Source: Chloroflexota bacterium
GTDB lineage: Bacteria; Chloroflexota; Dehalococcoidia; Lucifugimonadales; JADFKI01
Assembly (NCBI GenBank): GCA_027623195.1
Contig: JAQBUT010000001.1
Location: 126,752-190,751 of the forward strand
Direction of reading: 5' to 3'
DNA: 64,000 nt
In this document: positions 48,033 to 58,415 of the stretch, piece after piece
Position numbering within the stretch: position 1 is the stretch's first letter
How the letters are laid out: each line of letters opens with the position of its first letter
Notes under the pieces: generated by a model
Database searches by the model: none
Told to the model about the DNA's origin: nothing
What the model saw: the letters and a program-made list of their open reading frames with translations, nothing else
Position numbers and translations under genes: made by a program

Positions 48033-49355
48033 CTATTCTTTTGGCTCTAGTCTATACGATTCGTCAAGAAGGTCGGTAACGTAGCGAATTTTTAGGTCCA
48101 ACCCCTCGCGTTTCGCACCGTATTGAAGCTGCAGAAGACATCCTGGATTGGCAGTAGCGATTACGGTCGCACCTGTCTTTTTCACGGCGCTCATCTTGGT
48201 ATCCAATACCCTCATGGAAGAATCTCGTTCCGTGAGCGTGTAGGTGCCGCCTGCGCCGCAGCACATTGCGGCGTTGGAAAGCTCCACGAAATCGATGCCG
48301 GGTATGGACCGCAGCAGGGTTCGAGGCTGGGCCGTAACGCGCTGGCCGTTGGACAGATGGCAGGAGTCCTGGTAAGTGACCCTGTAGTCCAAGTGGCCCT
48401 TGGGCTCCTCGAAGGGCAGCTCCACGAGGAACTCGTGAATGTCCTTCACTTTTTCACTGAACTTCGCGGCCTTTTCGGCGTACTGCTCATCCTGCCTTAG
48501 CAGGTGGTCGTACTCCTTCATGCGTGATCCGCAGCCTGCGGAGGCCACAATCACGGCGTCTACACCGCTGGCGTTGAATGCGTCTATGTTCCGCTTTGCC
48601 AGATCCCTGGCCGTTTCAAGGTCGCCGACGTGGGTGTTGATGGCCCCACAGCATACCTGACCTCTCGTGACTACTACCTCGCAGCCATTACGGGCCAAGA
48701 CCCGCACCACGGCGTTCATCTCCGGACCGTTCACCAGAGGCATTACGCACCCGGACAGCAGGGCGACCCTTGCCCTCTTCTTGCCCTGAGCGGGTATCAC
48801 CTGGCCCTTGGCCTCAAAGACGCTCCTGGGCAGAACGGGGAGAGATGATTCCATTTCAGCTATGTCACCAGGGAATAGCCTCAGTACACCGGTCTTCCTC
48901 ACCATGTTTTGCAGGCCGGAGAGCTGATACATTCGCATCCCGCCTAGCAACAGCGCCAAACGGCCCTGATGTGGCAAAATTCCCTTGAGGGATACATTAG
49001 AGATAAGTTTTGTTAGCAGTCCCGTTTTTCGGCGGTGCTCAACCTGCTGCATTGTGGCCTCAATGAGACGGCCGTAGGGCACCCCGGAGGGACAGGCCAC
49101 CTCGCAAGCGCGACACTGGATGCACAGGTCCCAGTGACGAACAACCGTGTCCGTAATCCCGATGCGGCCCTCGTTTACGGCCTTCATCAAGGCTATCCGA
49201 CCTCTTGGCGACTCCGCCTCCAGACCCGTATCCACATAGGTAGGGCATGCCTGTAGACAGAAGCCGCAGTGAACGCATTTGTAGAGATCAGACTCTTCCG
49301 GGGCGTCCGGCCCAAAGAACAGGCTCAGGCCCGGCTTTACAGGTGGGCTGGTCAT
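48033..49355 (-). CDS. glcF: Glycolate oxidase Fe-S subunit
   Basis: CVHCGFCLQACPTY, SPRGRI, CIQCRACEVACPSGV, two CCG domains. Confidence 0.92.
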   Translation of the reverse strand: MTSPPVKPGLSLFFGPDAPEESDLYKCVHCGFCLQACPTYVDTGLEAESPRGRIALMKAVNEGRIGITDTVVRHWDLCIQCRACEVACPSGVPYGRLIEATMQQVEHRRKTGLLTKLISNVSLKGILPHQGRLALLLGGMRMYQLSGLQNMVRKTGVLRLFPGDIAEMESSLPVLPRSVFEAKGQVIPAQGKKRARVALLSGCVMPLVNGPEMNAVVRVLARNGCEVVVTRGQVCCGAINTHVGDLETARDLAKRNIDAFNASGVDAVIVASAGCGSRMKEYDHLLRQDEQYAEKAAKFSEKVKDIHEFLVELPFEEPKGHLDYRVTYQDSCHLSNGQRVTAQPRTLLRSIPGIDFVELSNAAMCCGAGGTYTLTERDSSMRVLDTKMSAVKKTGATVIATANPGCLLQLQYGAKREGLDLKIRYVTDLLDESYRLEPKE

Positions 49356-50683
49356 TAAATCCTCCCCATAAATCTGCCGGGGTTAATGATGCCTTGGGGA
49401 TCGTACTGTTCCTTCAGGCTGCGCATTATCTTGATTGGTTCGCCCACATCGCCCCACACATCGAAGTCCTGCTTGGCCTCGACAGGGCAGCGCTCTATTA
49501 TTAGGGTTCCTTCAAGGTTGAGGACGGCATCGCGGGCCTTTTCAATAACTTCCAACGCCGAGTTACCTTGGCCATCGTCGTCAAACCAACATACCTGGCT
49601 CATGCCGTATCCCGGTTGGGAAACCACCGCCACATCGTATCCGCCAGCCTTGCCTAGATCACTGGCAACGTTCACGACCCTGGTGGGCAGGACTCCCACA
49701 CGCCCCGTAATAACCGGACGAACGTCGCGGCCCCATCCGAAGTCGGTTAGCTTGCGCCAAAAGTCGCCAATGTCCGAACCCTCGATTTTCTCGACGGTTA
49801 ATGGACCGCCCTGGCTACATAATTTCAGGGCTTCTTTTTCGAAGCGGGCCAGGGTCCCGGGCCTTCCGCCCAGCCTAACGGCAAGAAAGTGGGTGCCTGG
49901 GACATCGACGATTGCACCAAGTCTGTTGGCGTTGGCATCGAAAGCCGTCAACGACAACGGCATAACGTCGCTGTTAAAGATGGCCATAGCCGTGGAATGG
50001 CACGCCTGCGCCGAGTCGAAGGCCGCCAGTACTGTGGACTCCTGCCTAGGCAGCGGCGTTAGCTTAAAAGACACCTCCGCAATGATGCCTAGAGTGCCAA
50101 TGCTGCCGATGTGTAGTCTTGCCATGTCGTAGCCGCTAACGTTCTTAACCACCTGCCCACCGCTCTTAACGACACGCCCGTCAGCCTGAACCAGCTTCAT
50201 GCCTATTACAAGGTCGCGAGGGCTCCCATGCTGCCATTTCAGAGGACCGCTTGCGCCGGAGGCCAGCGTTCCGCCGATAGTGGCGTCGTCCGGCATGGCG
50301 GTATCAAGCGCCAGGAATTGCCCTTGAGCAGCTAGCGTGCGTCGCAGGTCAGATAGCGTAATGCCCGCTTCCACGGTCACCGTGAGATCGGCCGCATTGT
50401 GCTGTATTACGTCGTTCAAACGAGTAAGGTCCGCGACCACATCAAGACGGCTTATGGTATTGCCCAGGTCGATGTGCGTGCCGCCTCCCCACGGTGTTAC
50501 GGCCAGGTCTTCCTGGTGTGCCGACATCATCACGCTTGCAAGCTCATCCACGCTGTTAGGCGTAACCACGACCTGCGGAGCAACCCCGTCAATTGATCGA
50601 GTGTCCACAACCTCGCTGACGTTGGCAGCGCCTATGGCGTGTTCCATAGCCTGTTTCGCAGATGGCTTGTTAGTAGTCATCAA
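49355..50683 (-). CDS. glcE: Glycolate oxidase FAD-binding subunit
   Basis: ATIGG, GGQVVKNVSGYD, DPQGIINPG; lies between glcD and glcF. Confidence 0.88.
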   Translation of the reverse strand: MMTTNKPSAKQAMEHAIGAANVSEVVDTRSIDGVAPQVVVTPNSVDELASVMMSAHQEDLAVTPWGGGTHIDLGNTISRLDVVADLTRLNDVIQHNAADLTVTVEAGITLSDLRRTLAAQGQFLALDTAMPDDATIGGTLASGASGPLKWQHGSPRDLVIGMKLVQADGRVVKSGGQVVKNVSGYDMARLHIGSIGTLGIIAEVSFKLTPLPRQESTVLAAFDSAQACHSTAMAIFNSDVMPLSLTAFDANANRLGAIVDVPGTHFLAVRLGGRPGTLARFEKEALKLCSQGGPLTVEKIEGSDIGDFWRKLTDFGWGRDVRPVITGRVGVLPTRVVNVASDLGKAGGYDVAVVSQPGYGMSQVCWFDDDGQGNSALEVIEKARDAVLNLEGTLIIERCPVEAKQDFDVWGDVGEPIKIMRSLKEQYDPQGIINPGRFMGRI

Positions 50684-50757
50684 ATGGCTCTCGGGAATAG
50701 ACGTTCGACGGTCATCTTGAGATCACCAACGCCTTTCAGGAGTATTCGTCGCGGAAT

Positions 50758-52203
50758 CTAAATCCACGCGTCGGGGCCGGCGCGGGAGATGGCGCCTGCC
50801 AGTGCTATGTCGTTACACGTGGCGCCAGTGGGGAATATTTTGGCGGGGTTGAGAAGATCGCGAGTATCGAAGGCAGGCTTCAGGCGGGCCATGGCCTCCA
50901 TGTCATCGTCCGTGAACATGAAGGGCATGTACTCCTGCTTTTCCAGACCGATTCCGTGTTCACCGGAAAGGACGCCGCCAGCCTCCACGCAGATCTTCAG
51001 GATTTCGCCGCCTATTTTTAGGATTGCCTCAGTGTCGCCCGGCTTACGCTCGTCGAACAGAATCGAAGGGTGCAGATTGCCGTCGCCAGCGTGAAGCAGG
51101 TTAGCGATGGGATAGCCCGTCTCTTGCGAAAGCCGCTTGATTCGGGAGAGAACCTCTACCAGCTTGGTGCGCGGCACGGTGCCGTCTACGAGAAGGTAGT
51201 TAGGGGCCAGGCGACCCAGTGCACCGAGAACACCCTTTCGTCCCGCCCAGAGTTTGTCGCGCTCGGAGGGATCCGTGGCGGTGCGTATCTCCATGGGATC
51301 GAACTCATTACAGACGCTTTCGACCTCTGCAAGCTCCTCCTCCACAGATTCGGACATACCCTCGATCTCTACCAGAAGCACGGCTCCGGCGTTCTCCGGG
51401 TACCCTGCGCCCACGGCAGCCTCTGCGGCCTTGATGCACAGGTCGTCCATCATCTCAATGGCCGCTGGCACAACGCCGGCGGCAATAATGCCGGATACCG
51501 CTGCGCTGGCGTGGTCTAGTTCCTTAAATACGGCCAGCAACGTCTTAACGGACTCCGGCTTCTTCAGGAGGCGCACGATGATCTTGGTAACGAATCCCAG
51601 TGTTCCCTCGGAGCCAATCATGATTCCGCGCAGGTCGTACCCGCTGGTCTCACGCGTCTTACCGCCGAACCACTGAATTGAGCCATCGCCCAGCACTACC
51701 TCCATGCCCAGAACATGGTTGGTGGTGACGCCATACGCCAGGCAATGAGGCCCTCCAGCATTTTCCGCGACGTTGCCACCCAAGGTGCAAGTCTTTTGAC
51801 TGGAAGGGTCTGGCGCGTAATACAGGCCGTGAGGCGCGACGTGTTCAGACAAATGCAGGTTGACGACACCGGGCTCTACCACGGCAATTCGGTTTTCAAC
51901 GTCAACTTCGAGGATGCGATTCATGCGGTTCAGGGAAAGCACGATACCGCCCCGTTCCGCAATTGCGCCGCCGCTGAGGCCTGTTCCCGCGCCGCGAGCA
52001 ACGATAGGCTGGTTGTAGCGACGGGAAAGCTTCACGACCTCGGAGACCTCTTCGGTTGAGCCTGCGACGACTACCGCCGTCGGCATCGCCTTATCCACAG
52101 ACCCGTCATACTCGTATACGATGAGATCTTCGGGTTTGTGGACAACATACTGCTCGCCAACAATGGCCTTTAGCTCGTCTAATATGCGGTCGGTGTCCGC
52201 CAC
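50758..52203 (-). CDS. glcD: Glycolate oxidase subunit GlcD (FAD-linked oxidase)
   Basis: RGAGTGLSGG, YAPDPSS, HAGDGNLHP, GEHGIG; GTG start after GAGG. Confidence 0.92.
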   Translation of the reverse strand: MADTDRILDELKAIVGEQYVVHKPEDLIVYEYDGSVDKAMPTAVVVAGSTEEVSEVVKLSRRYNQPIVARGAGTGLSGGAIAERGGIVLSLNRMNRILEVDVENRIAVVEPGVVNLHLSEHVAPHGLYYAPDPSSQKTCTLGGNVAENAGGPHCLAYGVTTNHVLGMEVVLGDGSIQWFGGKTRETSGYDLRGIMIGSEGTLGFVTKIIVRLLKKPESVKTLLAVFKELDHASAAVSGIIAAGVVPAAIEMMDDLCIKAAEAAVGAGYPENAGAVLLVEIEGMSESVEEELAEVESVCNEFDPMEIRTATDPSERDKLWAGRKGVLGALGRLAPNYLLVDGTVPRTKLVEVLSRIKRLSQETGYPIANLLHAGDGNLHPSILFDERKPGDTEAILKIGGEILKICVEAGGVLSGEHGIGLEKQEYMPFMFTDDDMEAMARLKPAFDTRDLLNPAKIFPTGATCNDIALAGAISRAGPDAWI

Positions 52204-52457
52204 GCTACACCTCAACTAGGATTGGAATTATCATAGAGTATTGAGTTTGGCGTTGCAAATTCAGACCGCGTGGCACGAAGGCGTTTGGAGAGCCGTGAAT
52301 CCCTACAGAGGAGTAGTTAAACATCCACTATTATCGCGGTCTGCTACCAAACCGATCCAGACAATTTCGTGTTTAATATATCAAAAACATTAGTGGAAGA
52401 AATAAGACGTAGGGCAGTTTATAGGGTGATAAAATCCAAAACGCGGGGGGGGTGCGC

Positions 52458-53516
52458 CTACGGACCACGTCCAGCCATGGCTTTTAACAATGTCTTCGTT
52501 CTTCGCCTTGGAAGGCCCCACCGGAATATGCCAAATATGAAGCCCAGTCCCCAACTCAGGTGCAGTGTAAATAGCACCAGAGGCATGGCTATCTGATAGC
52601 GGCGTCTCCGTGTGATTCTTCGAGAAGCAATGAGTAAATGCAGCAGGTAGAAACCAGGGGCTATCGTACCAGCTGGCCACGAGTACAGAAACAGCAGGGC
52701 CGATATCATAAACATAATTACCAGGCCCGGCGGGGCCAGGTGAGACGGCCGCAAAGCATCTGGATGACCTTTGATGGCCCTTGCCATCCTGATGCCATAC
52801 CCGCCATACGTCTTTATCACTCGAGGCAGAGAGCCGCGAACCCTGTAGGATGATCTAAGGGCAGGGGAGTAGAAGGCCTTCCCTCGCATTCTCCTCAGCC
52901 TGAAGCTCAGGTCGTAGTTCTCATCGTCTGCTAGATGGTCGTCGAACCCTCCCAGCGACTCCAAGGTCTCTCGCCACCAGGCGCCCAGGTAGATTCCGTC
53001 AACCCACTTCTCTTTCTGGGCATTGCGCAGCCTGGCGTCGCCGATGGCGTACGAGGAGTTGGTAGCAAGCGCCACAGCCCTGGTGAGGTAACTCACCCCC
53101 GTGGCTGTCTGCGCACCGCCCACGTTGACCGCCTCCGTATCTCGAAGCAGTTTCACAGAACGGGAAATGTAGTCCACTTCCATCACCGAGCCCGCGTCAG
53201 CCCGAATGATTACATCGCCTCCAGCCGCGTCAAGGCCCATATTAAGCGAGACCGATGGCAGGCGCTTCGGATTGACCAACATTCGGATGAAGGAATGCTT
53301 TTTGATGTAGCCACGAACGATGTCTGGTGAGGCGTCGGTACTCATGGAGTCCACAACAACAATCTCAACCAGGTCCGAAGGATAATCATTGGCCATTATG
53401 GCGTTGAGACAGCGCATAATTTCCTGCTCCGCATTGCGCATCGGCAGCAGAACGGTAACGGACACGCCGTCCGTCAAGGGTGTCACTTCGTTGTTCTTTT
53501 CTTCTTCTCTTAACAT
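52458..53516 (-). CDS. Glycosyltransferase family 2 (ExoA-like) with C-terminal TM helices
   Basis: VDSMSTD, NVGG, GGFDD, HLSWGLGF. Confidence 0.85.
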   Translation of the reverse strand: MLREEEKNNEVTPLTDGVSVTVLLPMRNAEQEIMRCLNAIMANDYPSDLVEIVVVDSMSTDASPDIVRGYIKKHSFIRMLVNPKRLPSVSLNMGLDAAGGDVIIRADAGSVMEVDYISRSVKLLRDTEAVNVGGAQTATGVSYLTRAVALATNSSYAIGDARLRNAQKEKWVDGIYLGAWWRETLESLGGFDDHLADDENYDLSFRLRRMRGKAFYSPALRSSYRVRGSLPRVIKTYGGYGIRMARAIKGHPDALRPSHLAPPGLVIMFMISALLFLYSWPAGTIAPGFYLLHLLIASRRITRRRRYQIAMPLVLFTLHLSWGLGFIFGIFRWGLPRRRTKTLLKAMAGRGP

Positions 53517-53555
53517 AGTTTTTATGTTTACCAGCTTGTGCCTAGTCGCCGGAGC

Positions 53556-54734
53556 TTAGGCCTCCAAGTCCAACCGCTCTCGGAAAGCGGCGATTCGCTT
53601 GATTCGGATGTGCCTGCCTACAACAACGGCTGCCATCAGCCATATCATCGGTTGGTACGAAATCGACAGCACAAGGGTGGCAATTACGGCCAGCACCAGT
53701 CCAAAAGTCCACACCTCTGAATGGCGATCAATGCTCAGATTCCAGAGAGCCTTTGCAGAGGCATACATTACAAAAGACAGCCACAAAACCAATGGCACGG
53801 CAGCTAAAAACCATCCGTTGCTCGAGGATACATGCGTTACATAAGATTCAGCGCCCACAAGAGCCGAAGGGTTAAATACTGTCCCCTGAATCGCATCGAA
53901 AGCCCCGTTGAAGAGGAGCAGTCCAGTTACAAGCGCAAAGGCCAGAAAGAGCCCGAGCCCCAATCGAGCCGATGTTGAAGAAGGCCTATGCCCTCTTCCC
54001 ATAGCGGCTTTCGCTGCCATTGCGATAGCCAGCGCAATTGCGACTATCGCTAACGAGTCGGGGGTCACTGCCAGAGATAAGGCAACGATTATTACGATGA
54101 GCCCTATCCAACGCGCAGGGCTTTTGTGATTACCGTCAGAAAAACCAGCCAATAAGGACATTGCCAGGAGACCAGGCAACAGGCCCAAGCCGATTTCATA
54201 GAAGACCACACCGAACATTGCTGTAAAAATGACCAGCCCTGAAACCAGGGTGCCCAGCGCGAAGGCCATACGATTTAGGCTTGCAAAGTCATGTGATTGC
54301 GCAACGAGAGATGCGACGACCATGAACAGAGTTAGTCCGGCTATTGCCTGCGTTGTAGCTGCAACGCCTGATATTGATCCGGGAGAAACAAGCGCTTGCA
54401 TCGCGGTCCAGATGAAAAGACCTACGAGGAACAGGCCGCCAGTGACTAACGTCGTGGGGATAGGAACCCGGTATCCGGAACGGACTGCCACGGCAGCCCA
54501 CATAAAGGCTACAACGATGGTAGAGGCAATCCAGGAGGGGAAGGTAAGCGCTCGCCCTATGGCCAAAGGCGCTAGCACATCGGCATAGAAACCGAGCAGC
54601 GCCACCGCCACGGACGCCACCGCCAGGGGGGCTAATGGGACTGAAAGCCCAACTGGACTCCGTCGACTCTGGGGGGCCGTTTTGGTGATCTGTCCGGCGC
54701 TAGCCTGATGAATCGTCAAGTTTACCCGCTCCAA
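53556..54734 (-). CDS. Polytopic membrane protein (possible degenerate Wzy/O-antigen ligase-like)
   Basis: About 10-11 hydrophobic segments; sits in a glycosyltransferase cluster. Confidence 0.55.
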   Translation of the reverse strand: MERVNLTIHQASAGQITKTAPQSRRSPVGLSVPLAPLAVASVAVALLGFYADVLAPLAIGRALTFPSWIASTIVVAFMWAAVAVRSGYRVPIPTTLVTGGLFLVGLFIWTAMQALVSPGSISGVAATTQAIAGLTLFMVVASLVAQSHDFASLNRMAFALGTLVSGLVIFTAMFGVVFYEIGLGLLPGLLAMSLLAGFSDGNHKSPARWIGLIVIIVALSLAVTPDSLAIVAIALAIAMAAKAAMGRGHRPSSTSARLGLGLFLAFALVTGLLLFNGAFDAIQGTVFNPSALVGAESYVTHVSSSNGWFLAAVPLVLWLSFVMYASAKALWNLSIDRHSEVWTFGLVLAVIATLVLSISYQPMIWLMAAVVVGRHIRIKRIAAFRERLDLEA

Positions 54735-54878
54735 ATGTAATTGAAATCGCCTGGGGCCTCACGATCTACGGCGCAAATAGCGCCTGTATGCCCGTAGGCT
54801 GAGACCAGCGCGAGGCTGTGACCTCACTCTGGACTCTGGCTGATACCTATACATATGGACGGAAAATCTCTTGTTATA

Positions 54879-56165
54879 TCACCTCAGGAATTTGCCGACG
54901 TCAACAGGGGCATGGGTCTCGGACAGGCATCCAGGAGGAACATCTGGCTTGACGGAACCAGCGGCGTTTTGGCCCTCGATCCAGACCTTCACCTTGGCCG
55001 CCTCTTGCATGCTCTGGTCCTGAAATTTCTTTACGATGAGCGCCTGGTCAATAGGAACCGACGCAACAACATCGACAATGGTCTGGGCCGACTTACCGAT
55101 GCCGTAAGGATGCTTCATGTTCTTCAGACCGCTTCGGAACTTCTCTGACAACGCTGTCGCCAGCGCCACCTCGATATCAGCTGACCCGTAGCCGCAGTCG
55201 ATAATATTATCGGCCTTGACCCGACCATTCTGCTTGTTTCCTATATTCACCACCGGCAGCTTGAAAAATGGAGCGTCGATTAGGCCGCTGGAAGAGTTGC
55301 CCACCATTGCCGCCGCAGAGCTTAGAAGGCTGTAATACATACTGGTGCCCAATCTCTTGGCCATCACTCTGTGATCTGGGTCCTCAGACGCGAACTCCTG
55401 GATTGCGTTGATGACAACTCTGCCGGAGGTATCGGCCTCCGGGTAGGTCAACACGACCGTGCCCAGGTGTTTACGAAGCACATTCAGCATCTCATCGATG
55501 TGGTACTGAGTATCTCTGTACTCCAGAGTCACCGGATCGAAAGTACTCATGATGAGAGGGTCAACGTATTTTATCCCCAGGGCCTCTTCCACCGATTCCT
55601 TGGACTGACGCTCGGTGCGGAACAGATTATCCAGGGAAGGGGAGCCAGTAACGATCACGCGCCAATGCTCTTCGCCCATTTGAAGAATACGAGTCCCGTA
55701 CTGTTCAGTGGCCGCGAAGTGGAGATGGCTCATCTTCGTTATGGAGTGGCGGATTGCCTCATCAATGGAGCCTTCTGTCGTGTCTCCGCCGTGGATATGC
55801 GCTATGGGAATGTTGAAAGGCATGGCGGCTTGCACGGCGGCCAACATCTCGAAGCGGTCGCCAATGACCATAAGGATATCAGGACGACGACGGGAGAAGA
55901 CCTGCGCGAAACTAAGGACTCCAAGTCCCAGAGCCTTTGCCATAGCCTGAGGAGTGTCCGAAGACAGGCCTATCTCTATGAAGTCGGCGACCTTCCACCC
56001 TTTCTGTGCTATTTCCATAGCCGTGGAACCGAATTCCGGCGACAGGTGCGCCCCGGACACGTACAAAAGCAGCTGTAGGTCTTCCCTTTCCAGAATTCTT
56101 TCAATCACCGGAGTGAACGTGGCAAGGTCGGACCTACCGACAGTCACTATGCCTATTTTTCTCAT
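54879..56165 (-). CDS. neuC: UDP-N-acetylglucosamine 2-epimerase (hydrolysing), NeuC-like
   Basis: GAHLSPEFG, GDRFE, HIHGG, IRHSITKMSHLHF, GNSSSG. Confidence 0.88.
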   Translation of the reverse strand: MRKIGIVTVGRSDLATFTPVIERILEREDLQLLLYVSGAHLSPEFGSTAMEIAQKGWKVADFIEIGLSSDTPQAMAKALGLGVLSFAQVFSRRRPDILMVIGDRFEMLAAVQAAMPFNIPIAHIHGGDTTEGSIDEAIRHSITKMSHLHFAATEQYGTRILQMGEEHWRVIVTGSPSLDNLFRTERQSKESVEEALGIKYVDPLIMSTFDPVTLEYRDTQYHIDEMLNVLRKHLGTVVLTYPEADTSGRVVINAIQEFASEDPDHRVMAKRLGTSMYYSLLSSAAAMVGNSSSGLIDAPFFKLPVVNIGNKQNGRVKADNIIDCGYGSADIEVALATALSEKFRSGLKNMKHPYGIGKSAQTIVDVVASVPIDQALIVKKFQDQSMQEAAKVKVWIEGQNAAGSVKPDVPPGCLSETHAPVDVGKFLR

Positions 56166-56286
56166 ATGAGTCCTCTGCTAACAGCCGACCCGCTAGGCCC
56201 AAATTGCATGCATACCGTAAATTTTCTAATTTGAAATATCCTTTCGGTCAATCGCATTTGGACCGACGCACCTGATCTGAATAGGA

Positions 56287-57000
56287 TCAGACAGCCAGTA
56301 TTCGTTTACCCGCTGGTGACTGCCCTTGGACAACCAGCAGTCCGTTAGAATCGCTAGCGGGCATCCATTTCTGTGAATCAACACTGCCTCGGCCAGGGTC
56401 GCTTTCAGGGCTCTGTGGACACCTGAAGTACAACGGTTGAGGCACACGAATCGGCTGCCTTTCGCTTGCCTTGATATACCTCTGGTAAACGTCATGCCAG
56501 CCGGAAATGGAAACGCTGGGACGGGGCAACGCGCTGAATATGTCCATCCGCAACACAGCAGCCCGACCAATGATTCCTACAGGATCGAAGCAGTCCATGC
56601 GAATATGCTTATGGGAGTTGTCCGCAAGTGTTACCTCGTGGTAATCGCAGTACGCGAGGTCTGCTACGTCTAGCTCCAGAGCGGCAACACACTCCCTCAG
56701 CATTCGTGGGTGCAAAGCATCGCCGGAGTCGAGGCTTGTGAAGTACTTTCCCCTTGCTGTCTGAAAGCCACGTTCCCACGCTGCGGGTTTCCCCTTATTC
56801 AAGGGCAGTCGCAGGTATCTTAGGTTCCCATGCTTTTTTTCGTATGACGCAGCCAGTTCCACGGTCTCGTCGGTGGAACCGTCGTCCACCAGCAAAACCT
56901 CAAATTCGTCGGACGGAAAATCCTGGGTAAGGGCACTATAGAGTGCTCCGTCCAGGGTATCCGCCGAGTTGTAAGAACAAATTATGATTGAAGCAAGCAC
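56287..57000 (-). CDS. Glycosyltransferase family 2
   Basis: SIIICSYN, VDDGSTD, NKGK, ARGKY. Confidence 0.85.
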   Translation of the reverse strand: MLASIIICSYNSADTLDGALYSALTQDFPSDEFEVLLVDDGSTDETVELAASYEKKHGNLRYLRLPLNKGKPAAWERGFQTARGKYFTSLDSGDALHPRMLRECVAALELDVADLAYCDYHEVTLADNSHKHIRMDCFDPVGIIGRAAVLRMDIFSALPRPSVSISGWHDVYQRYIKASERQPIRVPQPLYFRCPQSPESDPGRGSVDSQKWMPASDSNGLLVVQGQSPAGKRILAV

Positions 57001-57293
57001 TTAGTTCGTAGCTCCGTCCCGTGAGTCCCATTCAGATACAGGGGAACATCGACCATCTGCTGACACGAATGCTCACTGACAAGTCCCATAAGGCTTACCG
57101 AACGGGCTAAGTCCATTGGAAGCGAATTCCGTCATCGAAAGCATCGGTCTGGTCGAAAGTCCATCAAACCGCTTTGTGAAGCGGATCGATATCGGACTAT
57201 TATTCCAACGTATAAGTTGGTCTCAGAGCTATGAAAACACTGTGTGGAAGGGGTGTGGATTTGGTCGGAAGTGAGATGGCGTTTGCGGCCTAT

Positions 57294-58373
57294 TTACCTG
57301 AAGCGGAAGGTTTTTACGGCCACGATAGCAGTTCCAACAAGCCACCCGGCAAGCACCGAAAGTTGTGCCGGGAAATCAGTTAGAGACTTGGATTCCAGAA
57401 TCACTCCTCGGAAGGTCTCCAGCATGGGTGCCAGAGGCAGAAATTCTACCAAGGTCTGGAGAACCAACGGCAAGTTGTCAGTGGGAAAGAACACCCCGGA
57501 GAAGAACATAAGGGGAAGGACAACTGCATTGCCCAGACCGCTGGCCGCCTGCACCGTTTTGGCGTAGGCCCCGACGATGAAGCCCAGGTTTAAGAAGACG
57601 AGGTTTCCCATCAAAAGGAGCAGTGCTATTACTAGCAGGTTGCCCTCCACCGAAGCGCCGAAGGCCAGCACCCCCACGGACAGGATAATCGTCGCCTGAA
57701 TCAGCGCCAGAACTAGGTATGCAAGGACCTGGGAGGCAAAGAAAATACTAACGCTCAAAGGTGTCGCCAGAATCCTCGTCAGTATCTTCTTTTCTCGATA
57801 GGAAGAAATGGTGGCGGCTAGGCCGATTACCGAGAAGCTCATTACGCCCCAGACGGCCAGCCCCGGCAGCACGAAATCGAGGTAGTCCACCTCACGAATG
57901 GATACGCCTTCTATAGTTAAGGCCAGGCGTATGGGGGCATTGGACATTTCCAGGTTGGCCTGGTCAATAAACCTATCTACCAGACCTACGACGATTTCGC
58001 CGATGGGATTGGTATCATCATAGACGACTGTAACTCGGGCAGGAGGGTCGTTCTGAACGGTGGCCTGCAGACCTTCCGGAATGATCAACAGGTAATTCAG
58101 GTCGCCGTCGTTGAACTCCTTACGGGCGAGTCGCTCGTTCTCCCTCTCCTCCACGTTGAGGTCTTCCAATTCCCTAAGGTTGGATATGAGCTGGCGTGAA
58201 ACGTCGTCCTGAGCGTTATCAATCACAGCTATGGTTGTCGCGGTGTCGCTTTCGCCGAAGAAGGTGCCGAATACGACGACGAATATGAGGGGGAATGCCA
58301 GCGCCCAGAAAAGGGACTGACGATTGCGAGATATCATCTTCAGGTTGGCAATTGTTAAATGGAAGATAAGCAT
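57294..58373 (-). CDS. ABC-2 type transporter permease
   Basis: FWALAFP, YLDFVLPG, REKKIL, FFSGVFFP. Confidence 0.9.
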   Translation of the reverse strand: MLIFHLTIANLKMISRNRQSLFWALAFPLIFVVVFGTFFGESDTATTIAVIDNAQDDVSRQLISNLRELEDLNVEERENERLARKEFNDGDLNYLLIIPEGLQATVQNDPPARVTVVYDDTNPIGEIVVGLVDRFIDQANLEMSNAPIRLALTIEGVSIREVDYLDFVLPGLAVWGVMSFSVIGLAATISSYREKKILTRILATPLSVSIFFASQVLAYLVLALIQATIILSVGVLAFGASVEGNLLVIALLLLMGNLVFLNLGFIVGAYAKTVQAASGLGNAVVLPLMFFSGVFFPTDNLPLVLQTLVEFLPLAPMLETFRGVILESKSLTDFPAQLSVLAGWLVGTAIVAVKTFRFR

Positions 58374-58415
58374 GGGTCTAAAACGCCGCCACACGCCAGC
58401 CGGTATTCAACAAAA

